A DNA stretch of 64,000 nt from Octopus sinensis (GCF_006345805.1 NC_043003.1:9424001-9488000), one strand, 5' to 3'. Positions 25,330 through 39,400 are shown, numbered from the stretch's first letter. Made by a program: numbers and translations. Notes: a model not told the origin generated them from the sequence alone.

Positions 25330-25800
25330 GAGTGAGAGAGCAATTCATGCCATCAAAGTGACACTGGGGTAAAATATACGAAGCCCAATATACCCATCAT
25401 GACTACCCGTCTGATAAGGGTACACCAGGCACATGCATCACAACCATATGTGCACGACATGGTGATCTCATATCAAGATAAACAGCACATGATCTTGCAG
25501 GTGGGGGCCCAGTTAGAATTTTCTTCAGGTTGAGTAGCCCATCCCGCTCAAACGGTCCCTGAATAAGGGTTGTTTAAGGATGTTGAAAGAACCACCCAGG
25601 TTTCCAGAGGTGAATTATTCAAACCCCAAAGAATCCCTCTCAACACATGGCTATGATGCTCCCCCACTACTTCTGCTCGTGATCAGAGATGCACATATCG
25701 TCAGCCACTAAGGGGCATGCTCAATTGGTTAAGGTCAAACAACTGACAAGCAAATCTGTGGTATTGAGCAGAATATTTGCTGTAGCCCATCTTTTATACC
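25327..25800 (-). mobile_element. Repeat 'D', copy 4
   Basis: ttgagtgagagagcaattcatgccatcaaagtgacactgggg... through ...gtagcccatcttttatacc, then truncated by family A SINE fragments. Confidence 0.9.
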
Positions 25801-26122
25801 ATAAATTCCGCGGAGGTCGACTTTGTCTTTCATCCTTTCGGATTCGATAAATTGAGTATCAGTGAAAAATTGGGGTCGATATAATCGACTTAATCCGTTT
25901 GTCTGTCCTTGTTTATCCTCTCTGTGTTTAGCCCCTTGTGGGTAGTAAAGAAATAGGTATTTCGTTTGCCGCTACATTCTGCATTCAAATTCTAATGAGG
26001 TCGACTTTGCCTTTCATCCTTTCGGGGTCGATAAATTGAGTACCAGTGAAACACTGGGGTCGATGTAATAGACTCATCCCTTCCCACCAAATGGCTGCTC
26101 TGTGGCAAAGTTTGTAAACATG

Positions 26123-26163
<41 letters not shown>

Positions 26164-26460
26164 TATCATTATTAAATTCTGCCGAGGTCGACTTTGCCTA
26201 TCATTCATTCGGAGTCGATAAATTAAGTACCAGTTGAGTACTGGCGTCGATCGTATTGACTATCCCCTTCCCCCAAATTTCAGACCTTGTGCCTGTAGTT
26301 GAAAGTATTATTATTATTAAGGTGGCAAACTAAATGTTTAGCGGTATTTCATCCGTCCTTACGTTCTGAGTTAAAATTCAGCTACTTGTACGTTAACTTC
26401 ACGAGTAAACTATTCCGTTGATCAGACCATCAGGGAAAATCATCGACATAACCGACCAAG
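25801..26460 (+). mobile_element. Cluster of partial family A SINEs; the last carries a family C tail
   Basis: Three repeats of aaattc..c.gaggtcgactttg.ct.tcat...gtcgataaatt.agtac. At 26388-26458, gtacgttaacttcacgagtaaactattccgttgatc...aaccgac matches the C tail. Confidence 0.8.
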
Positions 26461-26712
26461 TTACAGTTTATTAGTCAGGTAGAGAATATCAACATAGAAC
26501 AAGGACATTGATATCCATTGCATCCAGCTGATGCTAAAGCTTCTATGTGCAGCAACCAAAACGTGAAGGACGTAACCAATGGATGTTATATGTTTCATAG
26601 AGGAGGCCTGTCGTGATAGAATTTTGCATGTGGGCTTATATATATGTATACATGTATGTATGTACGTGTATGTATATATGTGTGTGTGCATAAATATATA
26701 TACATATATATC

Positions 26713-26812
<100 letters not shown>

Positions 26813-27240
26813 CATACATACACTATGCATATCAGTTTTTAAAAACAAAGCAATCTAATGCTAACTTTTATTTGCATTCTGTACGATTTTAACTTGAACC
26901 AGACATAATCAATAAGCCACTGTTACCTATTTAAAAGATTTGATAATACTCTTTATTCATGATTATAATATATTAAAACAAGAAATACGCTTTTTTTGCT
27001 AAATTAGAGACTGTAGATATTAAATTTGTAGCTACTGATAGTAAATTAACCTAAAATGGACATTGGATTTTGATAAAATAAATGGAAATCTTGCAATTAA
27101 GTGCGACATATTGTAGCAGATGTTATAAAATCGGTGATAGTGTTATCAAATTGTTACACATAAATGTGACAAGAAAATAATAATATTTAATACAACCAAA
27201 TGTTTAAGTCGCTTGTCTATAATTAATTTTTGGTTTCAAA

Positions 27241-27597
27241 TAGGGCGGCGAGCTGGAAGAGTCGTTAGTACGCCGGGCAAAATGTTTAACATCATTTCAT
27301 CTGTTCCTAAATTCTGAGTTCAAATTCCTCTGTGGTCCACTTTACTTTTCGTCCTCCGGAATTTCTGGCTTTGTGCCAAAATTTGAAATCAATATTAGTT
27401 TCCTAGTTTGGTACAAGGTCTGCAGTTTTAGGGGAAGGGGTAAGTCGATGACATCAACTCGACTGGTACTTATTTCTATCTATCTCGAAAGAGTGAAAAG
27501 CAAAGTCGACCTCGACAGAATTTTATTATCTTACTGATATGAAACATTTTGCCAGGCGTGCAAACGATTCCGCCAGCTCTCCGCCTTCATAAAAATT
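27241..27597. mobile_element. Two family A SINE pieces in convergent orientation
   Basis: Plus-strand head gggcggcgagctggaag at 27243; minus-strand head ...ccgccagctctccgcc ending near 27586. Confidence 0.75.
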
Positions 27598-28024
27598 AAA
27601 ATAAATATCGACACGCCCCTGACAAAATTCTCTAGTTAGTTGTTTATGAAATATCATTAGCGGTGGAAGGAGAATATTTAATATACTTCACGTCTGTATA
27701 TCTTTGCATGTATATGAGATTATACTAATTTATTGTTTTTGTTTTTGTATTCGGAACGGTATATCTTTATCATGAAGCATTATACATTGTATTTAGAAAT
27801 ATAACTATTAAACTTCTAGTTTTTAAACCGGTAGAGCTCTCCTGGTGTATACATAAGATGCGTGTACTTGTTCTGATGAATGAATCAATAAGATACTGCA
27901 GTGGTTGACATAAAAAGGACCTTACTACTTCACTATTGATAACGTGTCAGGAAGGTCTAGGTAGAAGAGATATATAATTAGCTAGTAAAATAAATCATTA
28001 TATTAAAAATAAAGTAAGTAGAGA

Positions 28025-28056
<32 letters not shown>

Positions 28057-28149
28057 AAGAGAAAGAGTTATAGAGAAATAGAAAGGAAGAAAGAGAAAGA
28101 AATAGTATGAAATTGCATAACAGTTTGCGATTCAGATGCTATGGAGCGT

Positions 28150-28780
28150 TGCTGAGACTTTGCCTTTGTAAATCATTAAGATAACCTGACTTTGGTCTGG
28201 GTATGACATTAAACTGTATCCAGTGGCAATGCTCCTTCGAGTCACCACTTAATCACCTTTACTCATAATTCCTCTTTGTCCGTTAGTGCTAATACATACC
28301 AGAGCCACACTCATTGGTTAGGCATCAGATGGTTCCGGGACTAAGGCATTCATTAATCGTAGAAGAGCTGGCCTCTAGTCATTTGTCACACAAGACCACT
28401 AATGTGTTGAGACGCCCTGATGTCAAGTGAACTAGGTTCCATGCCTAAGGGTTAAATAGATCAGTGTATGAGCTCGCGGGGACAGTAGAGTAGCATCTTA
28501 AACTGTAAATAAAGTTGTAAACATCAAAGGAGAGCTACTGCTGATATGGACGCTGACAATAATATTTGTGTGTTCGGAGGGGAATATGATATGGATGTTG
28601 ATATGGGTGCTGGCAAGGAAATTTGTGCATGGAGAGAGAGGGGGGTAGAGACGAAACGCCGTTTCCTTGAAAAGAATAGTAATTGTAACTTTATACCGTT
28701 GAAAGAAACAAAATCCTCATTTCTCATTCAAGGACGCTCTCAAGGTTTTGTTCTTGGAGGTAGTTCAGGTCTGACGTAAG
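28150..28780 (-). mobile_element. Decayed CR1/L2-group LINE RT C-terminal fragment
   Basis: LTSDLN...DFVSFNGIKLQLLFFSRKRR matches the LxxDLxxIxxWxxxNLVxFNxxKTQ.L..SRKR motif. Confidence 0.6.
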
Positions 28781-31499
28781 GTTCCATTTTGATGGCACAT
28801 TTGTCCGGAAGGTTACAAGGAAATGAATGATAGCACAATTTACATAGAAAGAAATAGTTGTAAGAGTGACGACAAACAACTCGTTAATATAGAGAAGGGG
28901 AGTATGAAAAACAAATGAATTTCTTATCACCTCATAATTTAGAGACAAACTTGTCAACAAACTTTGAAATATAACATTCAAACAGGAAATTTCAAATACA
29001 AGATAGAAGAAACGAATGAAGCCCATCGGCGAACTAGAAGATTCTTATGCTAGACATAGTCGAAATCATTGATGATATCAAGTGCATTATCATTCATTTC
29101 GTAGAATTTCCCAGAGGCAAGTGTGCGAATATATAACAAGTATTCTTTTTCTTAATTCTGTTTAACTATTTGCTTTCTACTAATATTTGCAGGCAAATAG
29201 TAACATTTAGTTGTTGTTGTTGTTCCTGTATATGTATAAATAATTATTTATATTATAAATCTTGCTCATTCTTAGACATCGCTGCTTTACTTGCCGTTTC
29301 TGTCACTTTCATTTTTTAAAATCTTTTATTCTCCAATCTCATTTAATTATGATTGTATTTCTCCCCCAAAGAAGGGCTCTACACAAAACATTAGCTTTTA
29401 TCACTTCTAGCACATGAATATAACGAGGTTTTTGAATATTTTGTCAAAGCTAATCACTTTTTGTAACTTGGACAGAAGCATTTTCTTTACATTTGAATTG
29501 GTCAATTCCTTTGACTCAACAATTTTCTTTGGCAATCAGTTCTAGTTTAAGAAGGCTTTCAATACTAACAAGAATAATTTGCATCAATAACATATTATTG
29601 ATATCTGAATTCCCAATTTTTGTCCTTTTATTAAGTTTATTTTTCCTGATATTGTATTATGGGCATATGTTATTTTCCCCCACCTACAACCGAAAAGCTT
29701 CGAAAGTCAATCATAAACCCGTGTGTGTATGCACACGTGTGCAAACATGTGAATTTATGTTTGTGAGCATGCGAGTATGCATGCACAGATATGCATGATC
29801 TTGTGTAAATATTAACACAAATGTGTTGCACAAATACTTGCATACATTTCATTGATCCGAAATGTTCAATCTAGCAATATATTTTGTGTACACTAAGAAT
29901 TAAAGTAACAATAATTTCACCCGAAATAGAATCTTTAGCATGCAACACAAGAAATATTAACTGTAAGGAAGAAAAGGCGAAACCAAGTATGAAAACATTA
30001 ACAATATTATCATGAAAGAAAAAATACCTTTACAATAGAAGATGAATTTAATAATGCTGTTGTCAGTGATAAATTAATGAAAGCTTCGTCAGTTGCAGCA
30101 CGAACCGCCTCCCCTTCAAAGAAAAGAAAAAGAAACAAGAAATTACCACTATAGTAAATCTTGTAGAAAATACTTTCAAAACCAAACGCATGATAGCGAT
30201 TTTACCGACTTCCACAAAATATCAATAAATTTAAAACACCAATTCCCAAAAGATATATTATAAAATTTTATAAGAAACGAATAAAAAGAAATGTTGGTTC
30301 TTGAACCTCATGCTCCTATGTAGCGGATGCCAACTACCATTGAGGGAATAGCGTTAGTTGTGTGTTTCATTCAGTGTATTTCATTTTTAAAAAGTGAATA
30401 AAATAAAATTAGGCAAAATACAATAGTAAACTTATTTGTTTGAACGAAGGCAGAATTTAAATAATAAGCATACATAACAACGAAAATATCCGTTTACATA
30501 AAGAAACTCTGATACACCGGTACGTGTTCAAATGAAAATACGTCCTTACAAATGCATGTGCTTACGATCGAGCGCGTGCAAATTAATATGAGATTGCGAA
30601 AGTATAATAATTTTTCCTAGAGAATTGAGAGCAAAATATAAAACCAATAGAATTTGTTCTTGTGACGTTTGAAGAATATGCAATTGAATATGGGAAGATT
30701 GAAAAATGAATAAAATCATTATATTTAAAGAATTTTACTTCACTAATTATATTTCTATGCATGCTTTACTTGTTTCATTGCATGATATGCGCCAACCATA
30801 GCAGTAATGTGTACCTCGATTTCGTGCAATATGTACTTTGTTTAGTAGGAGGAGGTGCTTTCTTGATATTGGAATTACGTAACACGCAAGCAAATTCTAC
30901 TAGTGCTACTAGTACTATTTTCTGTATATGTGTCAGTCCTTTGGATTTTGGTCATATATGTGTTAGCAACTTTTTCTTATCCTTCGTAAGGTACCTATTA
31001 TCACATGAATTGATTCTCTTTTCATTTCCCGCGTCCTGGTTTCGAGAAATATATATTTGTACAATATCAAGATTTCCATTAAGATAAATTATAATCTCTT
31101 GAATCGTCAGAGAATTGCAATACGATAGTTGGTATGGCTAATTTAAGGCCTATGTTGATATCCCACAGAGGTTATCTTTGCGTTTCGCCATTCTTAACTC
31201 ACTAAAATAAAGTACCAGTCCAGAAGAATAGACTTGCGCAAATGTTAGAACATTTTACAAAATGCCTAGATGTGTTTGTTCTGGCTGTTGGGAGTTAGGC
31301 TGTGACGACATTAATGCCAGATCCTATAAACCTCGCCTATATTTTGAAAGGTCTCAGTGGTGTGGAGAGGGGCGATTTCATAAGCGGGCAACTGCTGACA
31401 TTCCATGAAACATCTTCACCAAGTTTGCATCCCAGAAAAGACCTTTCCAGATGGCATTACAGATCCTGAACAAAGGAGCCCTTTTGGGACTGGTATTTT

Positions 31500-32250
31500 T
31501 ATGAGGAAGCTTTACTTTTCCTGGTGTCTGTTGGGACTGGTCTGTTGGGTCTGGCATTTTCATAAGAATACATTAGTTTCTTGGTGATCCTTCACAATAA
31601 TATTCTGTCAATTAATAGAAATCTTCCTGCTAATATGGATTGTTACATCTCAGAATATAGTTATTGCAACAGACTCTCAGACTTTTTCTAACTCGCATTT
31701 ATGCCACCTTATTGCTGTTGGTATTTCACAATGTTGACATACTTGTCTATAGAAATTCTTACTTTCTCAAGCGAATGGATAAATTAAATAAATTCTCTTT
31801 TGGCTAAAGTAAAATATATGGCTATTCCTTCTTAACATCAAAATATTCTATGTTCCTTAATGTAAGTGCATTGCATTGCTTTGGTCGTTACAAGTGATAA
31901 TATTCTGATTCTGTACCGCAAGTAAAAATACTTCAGTATCAGTCTTGTGCTTGTTAGCAAGTGTTGATATTTCTCATTCTCTTTTTAAAGCCCTGCTTGA
32001 TTTTTATTCAAGCATTGATAGTACTTGCATCTTTCTCGTCATCATTTTGGCATGGTTTGCTGTACCTTTAATTTTAAGCCTTTTCTCAATTACTATTGAT
32101 TACTATTTTCTTCTCAAGTGTAAGCTATTTCTGTCTTTGTTGTATATTTGTCGAATTCCTTGAAGGTGGAAAACCAGTGTTTTTTGCTTCAACCAGATTT
32201 TCTGTAATTTATTCTCTTGGACTCTTTATCTCACAGTTAATCTCAAATGT
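31500..32250 (-). mobile_element. Third R4/Dong-type fragment (post-RT region and RLE start)
   Basis: KTDTEVFLLAVQNQNIITCNDQSN...VCQHCEIPTAIRWHKCELEKV*ES..TIF*DVTIHISRKISIN*QNIIVKDHQE parallels AETEGFLLAAQDQ..TRNYQ...ICQHY.I....WY.H.PEKV....ILWDF.I.TDR.I..NRPDIIVKD. Confidence 0.75.
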
Positions 32251-32259
32251 TCGCTCTTC

Positions 32260-32400
32260 CTTTGATTGTACCCTTCGCTTCCATTTAGACCCACACCGTA
32301 TTGTTTGATTATGTCGTCTTACCATCGTCTTGGAGGTTTTCCAACCCGTCTCTTTCCATTCCTTGGATAACACTTGACAGCTTTACGGTTCCATTAGCTC
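32260..32400 (-). mobile_element. RTE LINE 3' fragment
   Basis: AVKCYPRNGKRRVGKPPRRW*DDIIK matches the RTE WxPRxGKRxxGRPxxRWxDDI motif. Confidence 0.6.
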
Positions 32401-32512
32401 CGTGAGCTTTGAGACTCTCAGAATTCGTGGTAAATACAATCTTTCATTCTTAGCATAATTACTATATTAATTCAGCATCCAATTGGTAATATCACACACG
32501 AACATACACGGT

Positions 32513-32543
<31 letters not shown>

Positions 32544-33496
32544 GTATTTCTATGTCTTACATATTACTGGGATGGTTCGAATATTGATTTCGGCTACCTC
32601 ATCTCCTTTTGTCGTTTCAAAGCACCGTTTGAAGTATTAATGTGTTGCATATATATATTTATTTCCACACTTTTCTTTCATGTACATGTATGTTGCACTC
32701 CGACTTTCTCATTGATTCCTAAGTAGTCTTAAGTTTATGTTTCGTTTAATTCTTTTGTCTCAGTTACTTAACTAGCATGCTATTAGTGTTCGTAATTGAT
32801 TTCCATTTCTTCAACGTTGTATCGGCGCATTTTCCTTATCCGAAACGCATGACAAGTCCTCTAATTACATCCTAATACTGTCTGTAACATTATTTCTGCT
32901 TATTTATCATCTGAAGTGAATAAACTGAAGTCGTTTGTACACAAAGGATGATTGATTTTTCTTTCATAAAATTTCTATTCGAGTCCATTCTGGTTAAAGA
33001 AATTATATACATCTAGTATTGATGCATAAATATGCAAAAATTGAAACTCACAATAATTGACATTGTTATAAACCTTTGCACCGATACACATAAAAGATAA
33101 TGACAAACTAAATTAAGGGTCAAAATTTATTTCTGAAGTCTCGTTAATTAAATTGGAAAGCTTTATATGGATATGAGAGGAATTCTATATGCATATTTTA
33201 CTACTACGCTCTGTCCAAAAACCAAGCAACAACAATGGGCTTTTATTAAATTAGGAGAGAAAATAACCCAGAAGACCCACAAAATAACCCTCAGTGCTGT
33301 GCTCCAACGGATTAGCTTCCTTAAATATATACATTTTTAAAAACACAGAATAGCAGAAATCAAGAGTGACATTGAGAAGAAATAAACATAAATAAAAAAT
33401 AAAAGTATTGAGAATGCAAAAGATGAAAATAAATGTAACGTTCGCAAAACAAAGTAAACATGAGTTTAATTTCTTTAACCAGAATGGACTCGAATA

Positions 33497-33660
33497 GAAG
33501 CAGGAGTGGCTGTGTGGTAGGTAGCTTGTTTACCAGCCACATGGTTCCGGGTTCAGTCCCACTGCGTGGCACCTGGGCAAGTGTCTTCTACTATAGCCTC
33601 GGGCCGACCAAAGCCTTGTGAGTGGATTCGGTAGACGGAAACTGAAAGAAGCCCGTCGAA

Positions 33661-33693
<33 letters not shown>

Positions 33694-33910
33694 GCTTGTG
33701 TGTGATTGTGTCTGTGTTTGTCCTCCTAGCATTGCTTGACAACCGATGCTGATGTGTTTATGTCCCCGTTACTTAGCGGTTCGGCAAAAGAGACCGATAC
33801 TGGGCTTACAAAAGAATAAGTCCCGGGGTTGAGTTGCTCGATTAAAGGCGGTGCTCCAGCATGGTCGCAGTCAAATGACTGAAACAAGTAAAAGAATAAA
33901 AGAATAGAAT
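33497..33910 (+). mobile_element. SINE family B, full length, with internal (AT)n/(GT)n
   Basis: Pol III-type head (gtggctgtgtggtag...ggttccgggttcagtcccactgcg), body, and ...aaacaagtaaaagaataaaaga tail. Confidence 0.9.
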
Positions 33911-34429
33911 GACAATACGATCCGGCGTTACAATATTTACAGAATATTGCCCAACAATAAACCAATCAGAATAGCACAAATAAAAATATAGGTAAAAAAC
34001 ATGAGAAAAATTGAAGAATATGAAATTCTGAAAGTAGAATGTTCAATATTTTCCATCCAGTGAAATTTAAATACAATTTAATGAATGTAGGCTTATACGT
34101 GAGCCTCTTCAGGTTTGATGCTCCGATAACGCAGTAATCAAACAGGCTTTTATAGCGTAACGTGCACAATTCGGCAATCGCTTAGTCCCGAATGAAATGT
34201 TGACGAGCAGAAAATACTAAGTAAAGTTTTAAGGAATAGAGCGATAATTTCGGTATTGGAATATAATCCCATAACCCCTTAACATTCAGGTTATTCTGTC
34301 AGTTGTACTGCTTGTGAACAATATTTTTAATGTTGAGTGCGCACAACTATGACTGCTATACCCATTTGGAAAAGTCGATTGGGAGAAAGTCTAAAGGGCG
34401 TTAAAATGTTTGTCTAATCCAGTAAGGTG

Positions 34430-34810
34430 GGAGGCATTGTTCAGTTCAAAACAGAAACTTTTCGATATGCATACATTTTGTAATCCTCTGTGATCTCAAG
34501 TGTATAAGATCACTGTATTTCTTTAATATAGTACTGATGTGTGTTCTTTCAGCTACACAGAGCCTACCTTTTTAAACTTGCTAATGCATGACCTAGATCT
34601 AGTAACGTTGCTCTAATTAATGATGTGTGGTATACTGCTGTATTTCAGGTTCTATATATGCTTGCTAGTATTGTGTTTTTCTTATATGTGCCTGAAAGAA
34701 TACTGGTGGCTGTCATATCTGTGTTTGAAATCAGTTTTCCACTGTTGAACATATCTTTTATATCAGGGAAGTGTTTACTTGTCAGGGCTGTGTACCTAAA
34801 TTACTAACAT
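34430..34810 (-). mobile_element. Decayed PLE GIY-YIG C-terminus
   Basis: DFKHRYDSHQYSFRHI*EKHNTSKHI*NLKYSSIPHIIN*SNVTRSRSCISKFKK matches FKxRYxxHxxSFR....TxLSKxIWxLK....I.W.I. Confidence 0.6.
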
Positions 34811-34854
34811 TCAATAAGAAAGGTGCGGCGAACCATGCAACTTTCCTAGTTTCT

Positions 34855-34889
<35 letters not shown>

Positions 34890-34891
<2 letters not shown>

Positions 34892-35178
34892 CGTGATCAC
34901 GTGACCGACCATCAGATGTTGCTACACATCGCTGGTCGCATTGTTTTAGCCTTCGAATGACGCCACCTCACAGGCTAAGCGACCAGGCCAACAGAAGAAA
35001 GAGTGAAAGAAAAAGTGGTGAAAGAGTACAGCATGGATCATTACCCCCTGCCAGAGCCTAGTGGAGCTTTTAGGTGTTTTCGCTCAATAAACACACACAA
35101 CGCCCGGTCTGGGAATCTAAACCGCGATCCTACGACCGCGAGGCCGCTGCCCTAACCACTGGGCCATTGCGCCTCCAC
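34890..35178 (-). mobile_element. SINE C' (family C head, alternative tail), full head
   Basis: Reverse complement begins gtggaggcgcaatggcccagtggttagggcagcgg (A box) and contains ggtttagattcccagaccggg (B box). Confidence 0.9.
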
Positions 35179-36112
35179 ACACACACACACACACATATAT
35201 ATATGTATATATGCACGTACGTATGTTTGTGTATGTGTCTGCGTATGTGCGTATGAGTGTGGGTATCGATGAGTATAGAATCTCTTGTATTATGTTTGTG
35301 AGTGCGTGTGAGAGTGTATGTGTGTGTAGTGATCGATCGCTATGCATTGAAAAATCAACTTCCAGGCAGGGAATGAAAAAAAGAAACAAAGCTAATAAAA
35401 TAAAATGGGGGAAAGCAGGAATAGGTAGAAAATATGAGAAATATGCCAGAATGGCTGAAAAAAAGAATTGTGTAAAGCGTATACACGTGAGAGTCAAATT
35501 GCAAATAAAAAACATGGGAAAGTATAAAAAAATAATATAAATTCAAGGAAATATGAACAAAATACGAAAGAAAATGATGAAAATGAAAACGAACATACAC
35601 TGACTAAAAAATATAATGTCAAACTTGAAAAATGAGGAGATAGAAGTGTGATATAATGTATTTTAAAATAATTTTCTTGAAGGAAAGACATAAAATCGAT
35701 AAATTGGCACATTAGAACAGGAATAAAGTAGGAAGGAAAAGAAGGTTTTGTAAAATTTAGGAATATTTTGACAAAGTTAAATGTAGTCAAAAAGATTATA
35801 GAAAAAGAGATAAAGTGTATAAAGAGAATTGATGGACAGACAGAATTCACAAGCTTTGCATGAGAATTACCAGTCTATATGAAGAAAAAAATGACGAGGA
35901 AATAAAAAGAGAAGCATAAAGATAATTTCTGACAATGGATGATATAAAGCTAGATAGAGATACCAAATATCTGTATTAGTTTGTATTTGTGCGAATTTTA
36001 TTGTGTAAAATAACAGCGGCTAAAATATTAGTGAATGCACAATTGAAAATAGAATTGAAAATTTCACATTAAAACTTTAGAGTATAAAGCTGATGTCCAT
36101 ACAAAATTTGGA

Positions 36113-36144
<32 letters not shown>

Positions 36145-37728
36145 GGAGAGGGAAAGATAGAGAGTGGCAGAGAGAACGTAGGAGATAATAGAAAAAGAAA
36201 GAGTCTGTTTGTGGTTATTAGTGTGTATGTGTTCATATGCGTCTGTTTATGTAAATAAATAATTGAGAGGAGAAAACAGCAAATAATAACTGAGGAAAAA
36301 AACCTCTGGAATAATAGAAAGATAGGTAAAAGAAAAGATATATATATATATATATACGTACACACAAACACATACACATGCTCAACACAGACACACGCAT
36401 ATATATATATATAACACAAAGGAGAGTGTTGAAAGGTATAACGAAAATAGTGAAGTATATACTGACAGATGGAGATACATAATGATGAAAAAATTTATAC
36501 GCTAAGAGAGGAAAAGGAAAAAAAAAAGGTGAAAGAAATCGTGGAAAAAATAATACTCATCTTACGGAAACAAGATTATTTGGGGGAGAAAACAATAAAA
36601 AATGACAATTCGATGAATAGAATATTTTAAGGAGATACGAATTGGAAAAAAATGCCAGAGAAAGTTGAAATAAATAAAATAAATGATGAGCATAGAAATA
36701 AAGAGTAAACAGAGTAGAAGTTAAAATGGGAAATAATATATAGTATAGAAAAAATTGAATTGGAAAAAAGGGGAAAATCACGATAAAAGAAGGGCAAAAA
36801 GCTATGAAGTACAAAAGAAGAAAAGTATGTTGGCAACAGTATTTTGATGAGATGGAAAATTCGGAAGTGGTTAAAGCCTATAACGTAAGAAGAAGAAAGA
36901 GCAAGTATTTTAATTCCGTTGATAACAATCGAAGATATCAGATAGTAATGAAGCTATACAGAAGAGAAGAGAGGTAGATGGGGTGAAGTGGTGAGAAGAA
37001 GAGGGAGAGAGAAAGAGAAGAAGGAATGAACGAGAAAGAAAGAAAACTAATATGATAGCATGTTTATGATTAAGAGTGTTTTGCGGAGTCGTGGTCCAGA
37101 GAATTCAATAAATGAATCTAGAAAGAATACTGCTCGACTAAAAGGTAAAAAAAAAAGACGGCAAAAACATAAGATGCAAATGATTGGTCGCAAACCACAG
37201 AAAGAGGAAATGAGTGTAAGGGGAAAATCAGAGACAGAAGCCTGTGATATACAGTAAAGATATGAAAGTAAAGCGGTTGCTCACTGTAGAAAAGAGAATA
37301 CGCTTCTTTGTCATGCTAAAAGCGAGAGTGGGAAACTTTAAAAAAATTATCATTAAACTGAGAAACAGAAAATAAATAAGAAACATAAAGTGAATATATA
37401 AATACGTTGACGGAACTACTCACACACACATGCTGATGCATACATGTATATACTTATGTGTGACAATACATGCGCATTTATTGAGTGTATGTACATGCTA
37501 CTGACTAATCCGATGCTACTATAATGCAATACAAGATAGAAAAATGTAGGCGTAGGGAAAGCAGTGATCAAAGTACTACAGGAAGTTCTATAAATTTCCG
37601 GGGATAAGTGATTGGTAAGTTTATAACGTAAAAGCAAAGATCGACCAGGACAATATATGCACTGAAAACAGCATGGTTATATACCTATCTATTCTATATG
37701 TGCAACCATAGATTGATTATGTATGTAC

Positions 37729-37774
<46 letters not shown>

Positions 37775-37776
<2 letters not shown>

Positions 37777-37816
37777 AGACAATATGAATTGTCAAATTTT
37801 GCCCGAACACCTTGTA
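37775..37816 (-). mobile_element. Possible solo Tc1/mariner TIR remnant in (AT)n
   Basis: Reverse complement reads TA-caaggtgttcgggcaaaatttgacaattc, similar in start to the mariner TIRs at 44746 and 45057. Confidence 0.4.
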
Positions 37817-37849
37817 TGTATATATGTATATATTTCTCTCTCTCTCTCT

Positions 37850-37910
<61 letters not shown>

Positions 37911-38289
37911 TATATATGATTGTGTGTTTGTGTTTCTGTGTGGCGGAATGGTTTCTGATTTAGTAACAGGGTCTGTAATTTTAACGAGAATGGTTAGTCA
38001 AAAACTCCGACTCAAGTACTTGTGTAGTAGTTTATTAACCCAGGGAGGACCACAAGTGGATTTGAACTCAGCGCTATTTCAAACCAGAACGCAAAGGCTG
38101 AATATATTAAGATATACTATACTATACTATAATATAATATGATATAATATAATATTGATAGTACTTGTGCTGAGGTGAGGAAGTGTTCGTAGAGTAAAAA
38201 AGAAAATATTTGTCAATGGTAATGCTACTTCTAGATTGTGATTAAATATAGTGAAAATGATATGCTTTTCATTTTATTTATTTGTATTA

Positions 38290-39400
38290 CTGTTGTGGTT
38301 ATCTAGTAATAACTTGTCTGCGTACCACCAATTAGCTAATTCCTTCTGTAGCCAAAATTCTAGATAGTCTGGGTGATACATTTCAAACAAGTCTTTTTTT
38401 AATGTATCTAGAATGGATGTATAACTTGCGTCATTAAGATCACATTTTCTATCCATCTTCTCTTGTAAGGAACAGAAATATGTGTTCTTGCACATGGTCA
38501 ATTTGAAGCCCCCGAAGATTTTAACATTAGTATTCTCCACGACTTTTTGTGGTTTGTGGTCATGCCATTTGACCACACCAATAAGACGACTTTTCTGACA
38601 CAGTCCTAGACGGGTGATCCTAGCTACATTATCATGTATGAGTTTATATTAAGTTTGTTTTCCTTCTGTACACCCTGATGTTTCATGGAAGATCGGCTCG
38701 TCCTATTCATACCACAATCTAAATTTTTCTGATACGCCTTATTTATCGATAAGTTTCTGCATCCAGTTTGTGCGAAGAGCTTGAACCTTAGCTGCAAAAA
38801 TAAAATATCAAAATCCTTTAGTAGCCACCTCCAAGATTTAATATTATCTCAACTTCATTCCTTGCTATTAATTCTGTTTTCCAGTGTTTCTTTGTCTTTC
38901 AGAGTAAGCTGAGAATATTATCTGCTACTCCACACATACTTGGTGTCTTTTGTTTAAATCCAAGAATGATGTATCAAGCCAAAAGCTTCACGATAATCCA
39001 TCTACACTATATTTAGTCTTACTCGACACCTCTTACATTTTCTCATTACAATCATTTCAAAAAGTAGTTGACCGTTTTGTATTATTTTTCCTTTTCTACA
39101 TCATTTTGTTTGTCAATAAAGAGATTCCTTATTTCCAAATGGATGTATACTTTTTCGCTATAACACCCGGGAAAGATCCCTTAGATAGGTCCTTAATTGC
39201 AATTTCATTACTCTTTCCAATATCATTCAAAAAGTGTATGTAACACAAGATGTTAATCATTCTGGAATACTTCAACTTTTCGTGCATTCATATGCTTTTC
39301 TCTGGAAGGGGTGCGTTCTCCCGGTCATTAATTCTCGTTGCTGTCAGCACCTGTTAGGTGGGGGACAGGACATCAACCTTAACAGGGGACTTCAGCGTCA
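38290..39400 (-). mobile_element. Fourth R4/Dong-type relic (RT piece fused to CCHC/RLE region)
   Basis: MDYREAFGLIHHSWI and MCGVADNILSLL*KTKKHWKTEL (RT, WIDYKKAYDxVPHSWI-like), then AAKVQALRTNWMQKLIDK*GVSEKFR...IHDNVARI..LGLCQK....VKWHDHKPQKVVENTNVKI. Confidence 0.8.

Noticed and set aside
30760-31300. Cys-loop receptor M3-like stretch LVALVEFAC and discoidin- or PAN-like fragments on the minus strand
   Set aside because: Isolated short matches in different frames with many stops and no splice signals. The adjacent DNA is an R4/Dong relic.
32000-32080. EGF-like PCQN..GF peptide
   Set aside because: It lies within the R4/Dong fragment and lacks the cysteine spacing.
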